Origin: a virus
Taxonomy: Duplodnaviria; Caudoviricetes
IMG/VR virus record: IMGVR_UViG_3300006802_000003
Coordinates: 1-62,468 of that record
Strand: one strand, 5' to 3'
Length of the DNA stretch: 62,468 nucleotides
Part shown: positions 19,647 to 31,600 of the stretch, piece after piece
Numbering within the stretch: position 1 is the stretch's first letter
Layout of the letters: the number at the start of each line of letters is the position of its first letter
Notes under the pieces: model-generated
Databases searched by the model: none
What the model was told of the DNA's origin: nothing
The model's input: only the letters and a program-made list of their open reading frames with translations
Made by a program: the position numbers and the translations under genes

Positions 19647-22600
19647 ATGGCTGAAAAAGTCTTGATGCCGTGGGAACGCGACTGGAGCAACTTCCAGGCG
19701 GAACCCACGACACCTGATGAAACACAAGCGGCCCCTGCGGAAGATCAGGGTGACATGCCGTGGCAGCGCGATTGGTCGAACTACAAATTCATTGACGATC
19801 GCTTGCCGGGGATGGAGAAGGGCGACAAGCCAGAACCACCTACGCGCACGATCCAAGAGAAGGCCGCCGAGAAGGCCGGCATTTCCACGTCAGGTCGCCC
19901 AGTATGGCAGACGCCGGAAGGTGAACAGTACAGCGAGAAAACCGTCACCTTCCCGCTCGATGATGAAGGGAAGTCGTGGGCAACATTTCCGTCGGTCGAT
20001 GCCAGCGGCAAGGAAATGTCCGAGGACAAGGTTAAGCAATACGTTCTCCAGAACGGTTTGATTGACCCGATCACTGGTGAGAAGTTCCCGACATTTAACA
20101 GCCGCGAAGAAGCCTTGGCGTATGCTAAAGAACGCAGCGCCACGCGCCTCAAGGGCGAACCGTGGATGGAAGCTCCGGAAGTTAGCCCATTCAATCCACC
20201 GGCACCGAGCGCACCGGGCGAAGCGCCAACGACAGCAGAACGTGTCTCCAACTTTGGCGAGGGCGTTGTGCGCGGCGGCATAGACACCACCGGGCTCGCA
20301 GCTAAAGGCCTGGCCACCCTTGGCATGGTGAAGGACATCGAAGGCGTCACCGGCCTATTCAAATCTCTCGACAGCGCCAAGGATTGGACGCCGCAGCAAC
20401 GCAAGGACTTCCGTTGGGCCGTTCGCAACCAGCTCACCGAATCGCCCGGCCTTGGCATGGCCATGATCGACGCGGCGGACAAGATGCGTCGCGGCGAAAT
20501 TAAGTCGATCCAAGACGATCCGGAGCTAGTCAAGAAGTTCCAGGCCGCAATTCAGGACCCGCGCGAACGCCAAGCGTTTGCATTGGGTGAATGGCTGAAA
20601 GCCTACGGCCAAGAGAACTTCGGCGGCGATCCCCGGCTGCAAGAGGCTTGGGACACCAAGATTGCGCAGGGCTTTGGCTCGACGCTGCCGTTTCTCGCTC
20701 TTGGCCTGATGCCCGGCGGACAGGTTCTAGGTCCGATGGCCGGCACGTTCATGGGCCGCGGGGAGGCGCTGGAAAACGCTCTTGATGCGCAGCGCCAGGG
20801 CAAGAAGGTCGATCGCCAGCAGTTGCTCGATGCCGTTGGCTGGGGAACAATCCCCGGCGCGTCCGAATCGATCCCGATCGAGAACCTGCTGGGCCGTCTC
20901 CCCGGCGGCAAGGCGCTCGAAGCGATGGGCGCCATTGGCCGCATTGGCATGCAGGTGCTTGTCGAAGGCGGACAAGAGGCATTCCAGCAGTTCGCGCAAA
21001 ACGTCATTCAAAACTATGTCTACGACCCCAAGAAGGATTTGACCGAGGGCATCCTCGAATCAGCAGCGATCGGCGGTATTGTCGGCGGCGGCATGGGCGC
21101 CGTCACCGAGGGCGTCAAGGCTACAGGCTCTGCCGTGCTTGGAAAGGGCGACCGCGAGGAAGGTCCGCCGGAAGGCGACGCCACCATTTCCGCCGAGGCC
21201 ACGGCGACCGGCCAGACATCCACCGGCCCGGTCAAGACCAAAGAAGATGCTGTCCCGCCCGGCCCGCGCGCCGATCAGGTTTTGAAAGATGCAGGCTGGA
21301 CGGAAGAAGAAATCGCAGGCATGGCTCCACAGGCCCGCGCCCGCGCGGTGGAAGAGGCAATACAAACTGGCGTCAAGCCAGCCCCACAGCCCGGCCCCGC
21401 ACCTGGTACAGCTCCAGCAGCCCCGCCCATTCAGCGTGAGCAGCCCACCCGCGAGCCTACCAGCGACATCGATGCGCAGCTACGGGACCTCAAGGACCCG
21501 AACAACGCGCGCACGGCTGTCTACCTCTCCCCGACTACCGTTCAGCAGGCCATAGACACCGGCAAGCTGGACGCGATGAAAGCCGCAGGCGTTGCGATCG
21601 AGGACTTCGATGGCAAAGGCGGCATTCTAATCGCTGAAAACGACCAGTTCGCGCAAATGGCCACCCAGGCCAAGGCAGATGGCGTCCCGACCGACCAGAT
21701 CATCGGCATACTTACTGGATCAGGTCAGGGCAAGCCGGAAGGCGGCGATACCGTTGTCCAGCAGCGCGATGAGCAGGGCAATGTCACGCGCGAAACCGTC
21801 ACCACTGCCGATCAGGCGCAGCAGACGGCGCAGGCAATGCAAGAGTCCGGTCGCGGAACCACTGTCCTGTCGCCAGAGCAGGCGCTGGACGAGCGGGAAG
21901 CCCGCGCGGCTGCCGAAGTACCGGAGCCCGGCAAAGCCCCTGCAGCGCCCCCGCGCGTGGGCTCCAAGGACAAGCCGATTGATCTGGATCAAGTCGGAAA
22001 GCAGTTTGGCGGTGTGTTTGGTGCGCGCGAGGATGCCCGCGAAGCAGTCGAAGAGCCCAAGTCTGACGCCCAGGCCGAGGCTGGCAACTACAAGCATGCC
22101 CATGTCAGCGTAAACGGCTTTGGCATTGCGATGGAGACGCCAAAGGGTGGCCGGCGTACTGGCACCAATGAGGACGGGCAGCGGTGGGCCGTCAAGATGC
22201 CTGCCGATTATGGGCGCCTCAAAGGCACGAAGGGCATGGACGGCGACCAGATCGACGTTTACCTGGGCGAAAACACCCAAGCCTCTACGGTCTATATCAT
22301 CAACCAGCGCAACCTCGACGGATCGCCCGACGAGCATAAGGTGATGATGGGCTTTGACTCCGAGAAGGAAGCCCGCGACACTTACTTCAAGGGATTTAGT
22401 GACGGCAGCGGCCAGGCACGGCTTGACTCGATGGTGCCGATGTCGCTGGAAGAGTTTCAGGATTGGATCGACAATGGCGATCATACCAAATTCGTAGGAC
22501 CTTCCGATGAAGCAACACAAGTGCAGAGAGGCGAGGATAATCAGGGCGATGTGGGTGCATCGCCGGTATCTCCAGAGCCAACACCGGAAGGCGGTGAGCC

Positions 22601-25600
22601 CCGAGCACAAGGAAGTATGGAAAGTAGCGATCAGGTCGGCGGACGTGGCGCTGGCGACCGCGTTCAGCCTGATCCGGAACAACTAAGAGCTTTCCGCAAC
22701 TACCTTGTCGGCCCAGGCTCGATTGCCGACATCGACAAGCTGGCAAAACAACTCAAAATGCCTCGCGATGTTGTGGCCGCGATGTTGCAGGACGCCGCGA
22801 AAGACGGCGCGGTGATCGCCACGAAATCGGGCTCGTTCCGCCGGGCGCCGAAAGAAAAGAAGCCAGTGGACCTTATACGGTTCGTCGCTCACATCGGCGG
22901 CATTGCCGACCCTGACGGCGACGTGTCGGCCTTGACCGGCGGCACCAATCCCCTCGTTCCTGGCAAGGGCAAGCTCATTCGCGCCAAGGGCAATCGTCCA
23001 GACAAGGTGCGCGAGTTGGCCGTTGAGGCTGGTTATCTCCCCGAAGGCGCAAGCATCCGTGACCTGTACGACGCGATGGACCGCAACATGCGCGGCGATC
23101 GTGTCATTCGCGATGAGGATGCGGAATGGGAACAGGAGCTGCAGGCCCAGCAAGAGCAGGATGCGCTCAACGAAGAGTTTCCGACTGACGCTGAAAAGGA
23201 CCTGGTTCGCAAGCACGGCATCGGCGCGGCGCGCAAGCTCATCGCATTCCAGCAGGAAACCGGCCTTGGCGTTGGCGGCATGTCCGACGAAGAGGTTGCC
23301 AGGGCGGCGTCTTACATCGATCAGGGCATGGACGTGGATTCAGCAATTGAGCGCGCCGCGATCGAATACGCTGACGAAGGCCACATCAACGGCTATGATG
23401 ACATTACGGAGATTCCAGTCGATGAAATTTACCCGGACACAGCACCTGCAGATGGCGAAACGATCGAAGCAGATTTCGGCAGGGACGAAGGACCAGAAGA
23501 AGAAGGCCAAGTACAACGGCCTCGCCAAGACGTTCCGCGCACTAGCGAAAAGAGCGAAAAACTAGACAACAAGGCATTTGATCTAAGCATCAAGAAAGCC
23601 AAGGAAGCTGGCATAATTGGCGACTGGGAAACAAACACCACCATGTCGCCAGACAAGGTGTTTCCAAAACTTACAGGTAAAGTCGTTCGGGCCGAGGATG
23701 TGGCTGGTGACTATCTGCCGCCCGCCGAGGCCAAGTCCCGCGTGAAGGAATGGAAGGATTTTGCCAAGGCGCAGGGCGACACGATGCAAAATAGCAATCG
23801 CGTGATCCTGTCGTTGTTCGACTACACCGGAAACTGGTCAAAGCCGTTTGTCGATGCTGGCTTCACGGTCGTTCAGTACGACATCGAGTTGATGAAGGAG
23901 GACCCAGAATACGCCCCTGGCGACGAGAGGTTTGGGGAAATCTTGTCGCGCATGCCTACGGCTGACATTATCGCTTTGCGCAGCGCGGGTTATGAAATTT
24001 ATGGCGTCATGTCTGCCTGTCCATGCACCACGTTTGCGTCGTCCGGCGCTAGGTGGTGGGAGAGCTTGCATGACGTGGAATCGCGCGAGGCGGTGGAAAA
24101 GGTGTTTGGCGAATGGGTGCCGCAAGGCTTTGAGAGCCCGTTCGAGTACAACAAGGCGCTGGTTGCTGCCACCGAGGTCATTATTGAGTTTGCCAATCCG
24201 ACCGGCTTCCATGTGCTGGAAAATCCCGTTGGACGGCTTGGCCGCGCGACTGGGCTCGACAAACCTCAATATCGCTTCGACCCGAATAATTTTGGCGATC
24301 CGTACACCAAGAAAACGCAGCTTTGGGGTGATTTTGGAACGGAATTGCCGACCGCAAATGTGGAGCCAACCGAGGGCTCATTGATTCACAAGAAATCAGG
24401 CAAGGACCGTAGCCGCAGCGATACGCCGCTTGGCTTCGCCTATGCGTTCTTCATGGCCAACAATCCGGATGTGCGTAAGCCGTCGCGCGTTGTCGAGGAC
24501 CGTAGCGAAATGGACCCCGAAAAGCGGGCCGCGCGGGAGGAATATTGGGGTTGGCCAAATCCGATAGACGGCAAGATTGTCCAACGCAAGGATTTGTTGC
24601 CTGCCATTGAGGAGCAGGACGCCGATGCCTGGCCGCCCTACCGCGGCGACGTTCCAGAGTTTGGCAAGTTCGATGAAGAGCAAGAACTGGAAAACGGCAA
24701 CAAGGTTGCCTATTCCCGCTTGTCGTCTCTCAAGAAGGATGGCCAATGGCGAACCCACAGCATCTACAAGGAAATGCTGCCGAAGGGTGCGCCCATCTGG
24801 AGCAAGTCTGCTTCGGTCGTTGCGAAAGACAAGGAGGCCGCCGAGAAGCTGGCGTATGACATCCTGCACGGCGACGTTCAGCCCGACCTGTCTGGCACGG
24901 CAACCGAACGGCTCAACCAGTTCATGGATTGGGCGCTTGAGCACAGATACGATTCGTACAAAGGCAAACGCACCGGCGCTAATCCATACAATCTCGAAGT
25001 GCATTCCTGGAAGGATGAACCTCAAACGGATTTGCCAGATCAGGTGCAGTTTAGTTGGGGAGGGCCGAAAGAAAACGAGTTCGAGCACCAGAATAAAATC
25101 AAGTTCGTTCGTGAGGGCGACACATGGGCGATTGACCGCTTCACGCTTGCGGACAAGCCGCTTCGCAAAGCCGAATACAAGAACCGCTTGAATGACGTTG
25201 CCGAGCAAATCCTGTCCTTACCAGGCCTAGTGCCTGGCGCAATGCCGCAAGCGACAGACCTGTTCGCCACAGAGGCTGGCGCGGACGGCAAAGGGCAGAC
25301 AGTTATGCCCGGCATGGAGAAGATTAGCGACAAGGAGCTCGCAGAGCGCAAGGCCAAGGGCAAGAAGAAAGCCGCCGTTGCGCAGAAGGACATGGACGAG
25401 GGCTTGTTCGGAACGGACAAGGACCAAGTGGACATTGCAGACGTTGAGCAGCCTTCCGGCCTGTGGTCAGGTGACGACGATCCCCGCATTCCAGAAGGGC
25501 GCAAGGCGACCGCAGAGGTCAAGAAGCCGGTTGGCTACACGGAGATTTTTGGCCATGACCTAAACTTGAGTCCTACTTTCCAACCACCAAAAGAGCACCT

Positions 25601-28600
25601 GGTTCGCATCACAAACGAAACGCTCATTCACTATGCCAAGCGATACGATGTGCCGTGGGAAGGGCGGACGCGCGGCGAAGTATGGGCCGACATGCAGGCA
25701 AAAGGTGCAAAGAATGCAGGCTACGGCCAGATCATTCTCACACCGCACAAGGCCAAGGCCGCGGTGCAGTTGCTGCAAAACGCTGGCTACGGCGAAGGCG
25801 CCAAGATCAGCCACCAGCTATTTGCTAAGTTCAAGAAGGTACTTTTTGAAAACCTCGACCTCGTAAGGACAGAGGGCGAGTCGAACAGTGAAAAGCTAGG
25901 CGGAAACTGGACAGTTGGACACCTTCGGCAGCGCAAAGGCAACTATTCAATAAGCTGGGGTGCATACGGTCCCGATACGGTACTTCTCACCAGCATTACT
26001 GATCCCGAAAACGGCGTGGGCTATTCGGGCAGCACTGCAGGCGCAGCCAGAGTCAAGCGAGCTATCGAGGCGTTCATCGAGGAGAACAAGGACCGTAAGG
26101 GCGGCCCAGCTCCAGCGCCCCAGGAGCCAGCGAAGCCAGAGACTGAAATTCCGTCGCAGGAGCCAGCGCCGATCGCGGACATGGGAATTAGCATATTTTT
26201 CCGCGACGACGGCAAGCTGTCCAGGGACGTGAAGCAGGTTATTGTCGAAGTCGGCATGCACATGAATCCGAACGCGACCGCCGACGAGCGCAAGCGGGTG
26301 ATTGTGGACGGCTATTTCAAGTCTCCAAGGGCAGCCGGTTTCGCTTTTGACAGCGATCAAGGCGCCGGTATTCGCGTTGTCGATTACAATGGGAAGCCCT
26401 CGTTTGTCTCGGCACGGCAGGTGCGCGATGGCACCGTTCGCATTCGCGAGGACAAGTCTCCACCGCCATTGCCAACACAGCCAGAACAGGATGAGGATGC
26501 GTTTCTGGACGACATCATCAGCCAGGAACTGGGTGAACAACCCGCAGCAACCCCGCTTGCCAAGATCAAATCCCAGTTGATTGCCTATGCTTCTGGCATG
26601 ACTCGTACCAAGGATTTCGCTGCAGGCGCATATGCGTGGGGCAAGGAAAAGAACCTTGGCCTGGGTGTCGATGCAACCGAGCTCACCACAGAGGCAATCA
26701 AGGCTATCGCAGAGCGTCACGTCAACATGCAGACCAACTTGTTTGTTGATTCTGGCGCGTTCGGTGTGTTCCGGCGCAACATGCGCGCGGTTACGGAATA
26801 CCGCAAGGCCGCAGGCGATCTATTCCGGCAGCAAGGGCTCCCCACCCCGAAGCTGGAGAAAATGGACTTTGACAACGTAATTGCCCGTTACGAGCATCTG
26901 CAACTCGCCATCGAGAATGAGAATGTTGCCGAGGACCAGGATGTGCCGGCACCGTTGTTTGTTGCGCCTGACATTGTTGGCGACCAGCAGGGCAGCCTCG
27001 ATCTGCTGCGCCAGTTCGCGCCATCGATGCGATTCATTGGCAAGGGGCAGGTGGTCGTTCCTCTCCAGAAAGGAGACATGACGCTTGCCGAGGCTTACGC
27101 CAAGGCCAAGGCAATCATGGGCGGCAAGCCGTTCATTGCAGGCATTCCGTCCAATGCAAAGGCTGTAAGCGCCGAGGAGTTCCGGCAGTTCGTTCGCGAA
27201 TCTGACGCGACTGCCTTCCACTTCCTGGGCGCACTTTCTCCCAAGACGCTCGATCCAAAGCTGCAGGTGCTTGCGGATGAGAACGTGGACATCACGCACG
27301 TTTCTGCCGACGCCAATCTGCTGCGGTCAGCCCTCTATGGCAGCGCCGTAGCAAAAGAGCTTGGCCGTCCGGATGCAATCGTCAAGACGCTCGATGAGCA
27401 ACGCACGATTGGCCAGGCAGCCGCATCAGCAGCCAAAAACATTGGCGAGGGATTGAAAGACGTTGGCGACGCCTTCAACACCCTATTCAACGACCCAAAC
27501 AAGCTGAAATCCGGCATAGGCTTTGACGAAGAAACCTACGCCCGCGCAAAGCCCATTTTCAAAGCGGGCGCCGCTCATTTCTACGAAGCAGGCATGGATA
27601 TTGCCGAGGTTCTGCAAAAACTGGTACGTTGGCTCATGGCAAAGGACGGCGGCAACCAGCCGCCGGAAGCCATTAACCGGGCTCGACCGTACCTCAAGCA
27701 ATTCGTCAAAGACGTTCGAGACGGCAAGGAGCAAATCGATGTACCAGATCGACAGCCAGATATGGAACCAGGTCGCGGAGGCGAGCCCGCTCAAGACCGG
27801 CTTCGCGAAACGAATGTTCCCGCTGCCGCAGGACCAGATGGAGAAGGAGCTGGAGGCGGAAGAGGCCAGACTGGTGAAACTCAAGAGGGTGGACCCGGTA
27901 GTGGTGGCGGCATATCTGGCAGTAATGCCTCTCCTATGGGAAGCCGAATCGATCAGCGCATTTCTCGACCAGAGGCCGGGATTAGCGACTTCAATCCAAC
28001 CGATACCGACACTGACGGAGGCGTTGAGGGCGGCCAGCCAAGACTACCCATTGACAACGGCAGACCAGACAGCACTTCGGAATTTGCTACAGATAGCCCC
28101 GGAATAAAGGATCGCCAGAAAGCCCAGGCTGCCGCCGAATCCATTGAGGTCAAGGACGCTGACCTAGACAACATTCGCGAAACGCTCCCGATGCTGTATC
28201 CAAAGCAGCAGGAGGACGTTTACAAGATCGAGCAGCGTTTCACCAAGGGCGCCGGTATGCTCATCACCAACGGCACCGGCACTGGCAAGACGTTTTCCGG
28301 CCTTGGTGTCATCAAGCGGTTTGCCAAGAAGGGCAAGGGCAACATCCTGATCGTTGCTCCTTCTGACGGCATCCTGCGGGCGTGGATCACGTCTGGCAAG
28401 CTCCTTGGCATCGACATAAACAAGCTGGACGACACCAAGAGTGTAGGCGAGGGCATAGTTGCTACCACCTACGCCAACCTTGCCAACAACGAGACGCTGG
28501 CCGATCGCGAGTGGGATTTGGTCGTCACGGACGAGGCCCATAACCTTTCGTCCAACAAGGACGGCGCCGAAACTGCAAACCTCTCCACCTTCCGCGCCAT

Positions 28601-31600
28601 CACCCGCCACCCGCGCGCCGTGGTTAAGCGGACACAAATGCTGCATCGCGACCTGATGGAGAAGATTCGGAAGGTCAAAAGCGATCTGGAAGTTGCACGG
28701 ACTGCTGACGATCAACGCTGGTGGGCTCAAATTGAAGGGTACGAACGCCAACTCAAAGAGTATTGGAACCAATACCAGGAGCTCCAGAAGGCCGTTGAGG
28801 CCGACATGAAGGCCAAGCCGCGGCCCAAGGCGCTCTTCCTGTCTGCAACGCCGTTCGCGCATGTGTTCTCGGTGGACTACGCAGAGGGTTACCTGTTCGA
28901 CTACCCAGCCGACAAGCCCGGCGGCGGCTACAATTCCGCAGACGGTCGCAATGCGTTCTTTGTCGAAAACTTCGGCTTCCGCATGCGCTACAACAAGCTG
29001 ACGCGGCCAGAAGCGGAAGTGGATAGTTCGGTCATGGAGCGCCAGTTCCATGAGAAGCTGAAAAAGGAAGGCGCTCTTTCCGGTCGCAAGCTCGATGTCG
29101 AGCACGACTATGACCGCCGCTTCCAGACGGTCAACGACAAGGAAGGCGCCCGCATCGATGAGGGCTTCAAGTGGCTCCGCGATCAGGGCAAGGGCTTCCA
29201 TGCCGTAGCCGACATTTACCAGAAGAATTTCGACTACCTATCTCGCATGCGCTTGCTTGAGGCCATGAAGGCCAAGGCGGCAATTCCTTACATCCAGGCC
29301 CACCTTGATGCTGGCCGCAAGGTCATGGTGTTCAACAACTTCAACGAGGGTGGCGGCTTCACCGTATTCCCGAAGCTCATATCAGACGACGAAGTGTTCT
29401 GGTACGACGACAACATGAAACAACAGAGCGCCAAGCTCAAAGATCTGTATCAGGCATTCGAGGATGCCAATCCGTGGATCACCAAACTGGACTTCTCCGA
29501 CTATGACGCGCCGCGCCACACCCTGCGGGCAGCGTTTGGTGATCGGTTTGGTGAGTATAACGGCACCGTCACCGCGAAGAAGCGCGCCGAGAACCTGGAG
29601 CGGTTCAATAAGCCGGAAAGCGGCCTTGATGTCCTTGGCGTTCAGGCGGACGCCGGCGGAGCTGGGCTGTCTGGTCACGACACGCTGGGCATAGCGGAAG
29701 GCGGCAGGCAGCGCGTCCTTATGAACCTGGGTATGCCTGTGCGCCCGGTCACTGCAATCCAGCAGGAAGGCCGCATCTATCGCGATGGGCAGATGTCCAA
29801 TGCCATGTTCCGCTATTTCACGACCGGAACCACATGGGAGCGCATGGCCTTTGCGGGCTCGATCGCTGAAAAATCGGAAACGGTCGAGAACCTGGGCATG
29901 GGCGACATGGCCAGATCGTTGCGCGATTCGTTTGTCGATGCCTACGAAGAGGCAGGAGACTTCCAGCCTGGCCATGAAGATGAAGGGGTGGGTGGCAAGG
30001 AGCGCGACGCGCCGATCACCAACAATATGTCTGACTTTGAGCGCGCCAAGACGCATTATTGGGCGATCCAAAAGAACACTAGCAAACGCGAAAGCCGCGG
30101 TGAGTATTACGCTACGCCAGAGCCGGTCGGCGTCAAGATGGTGGAATGGGCCAACATCAAGGGAAATGAGCGCGTTCTGGAGCCGTCCGCCGGTCATGGC
30201 GCTATCTCCAGGTACATCCCGGCTAACACCAGCACGACCATTATCGACACCAACGAGGACCTGCTTTCGTCGGCAATGCTGCGGACCCAGCATGCCAAGG
30301 CGATCCGCAGTCAGTTTGAGGGCCACAACATCGTCAACAAATATGATGCTGTGGTGATGAACCCGCCGTTCGGCCAGGGCGGCAGTCTCGCAATCGCTCA
30401 CTTGGAAAAGGCTGTGAAGCACCTTCGCAATGGCGGTCGTGTCGTGGCCTTGATTCCGACCGGGCCTGCTGCCGATGCAAAATTCGACAAGTGGTGGCAC
30501 AACACCGATGGCAGCCTTGGCATGGTGGCCGAAATCAAACTTCCAAGCGTGACGTTCGCCCGCGCTGGCACCGGCGTTATGACCCGTATTGTCGTGATCG
30601 AGAAGCAGACGGATAAGGAAGTCGGGACGCCGATGGGGCCGCGCGCCGATCTGTCAGGCGCCCAGGACATCAATACGCTGTTCGATGCGCTCGACAATAT
30701 CACTTTGCCGCCTCGCGCGGAGCCGCTGACCAAGGACATCGACGCGCCGGCCATTGGGGAGTTCCGTATTGCTGGCATCGATGTAAACCTGCAAGAAAAT
30801 GTTGTGGGGCTTGCGAAGGGCGTAAAGCTGTCCAAGGAGCAATTCAAGCATTGGGCTCGGCTGGGCGAGGCCGCGCAAGGCACATACCTTAAAAGCCTTC
30901 GCGGATGGATGTTTGACAACCAGGAAATGCGCGACGCATTCCTTGCAAGCGTCGAGAAGAACCCCGAGCCCGCAATCATGGCGGAACCTGCCCCAGCCAC
31001 CCTGGACTTCGAGAAGAAGAAGGCGTGGCATGCGGTCAAGCAGCGCGACACGTTCGTTGCCGTTCCAAACCAACGCATCAGCACCGATGATTATGCCCGC
31101 GTGAAGCGCGTAGCGCAGGCCAATGGCGGATACTGGAGCAAGTACGCACAGAATGGTGCGATCCCTGGGTGGCAGTTTGAATCGGAAGCCGCTCGCGACA
31201 AGTTCATCGATGAAATCAAGGCAGCCCGGCCAAAGGACCTGGGCGCCCGCACCGAAGTGCCACTTTGGTATTCGCGCTTGGCTCGTTTTGTCCAGACGAT
31301 TCCGATGGCGAAGGGAACGCCAGATCAGTTTGCGGCCATGATCCAGAAAGGTCCGCTCAAGCCCAGCGAAATCGCCTGGAGTGGCGTCATAGAGTGGCTG
31401 GAGACGGAAAAGAACCTTGGCCGCCAAGTGGAGCGCGACCGACTGCTGGAATGGCTGAACGATAACCAGATCGCCATTGATGAGAATGTGCGTCAAGGCG
31501 GTTCGCCACTTGCCGAAGAGTTTTGGGTGAGCGACTTCGAGCGCGAAGAGCCAGGCCAAGAGTATGTCGATGACATTGCTCAAGACTACTTGCCAGATGA

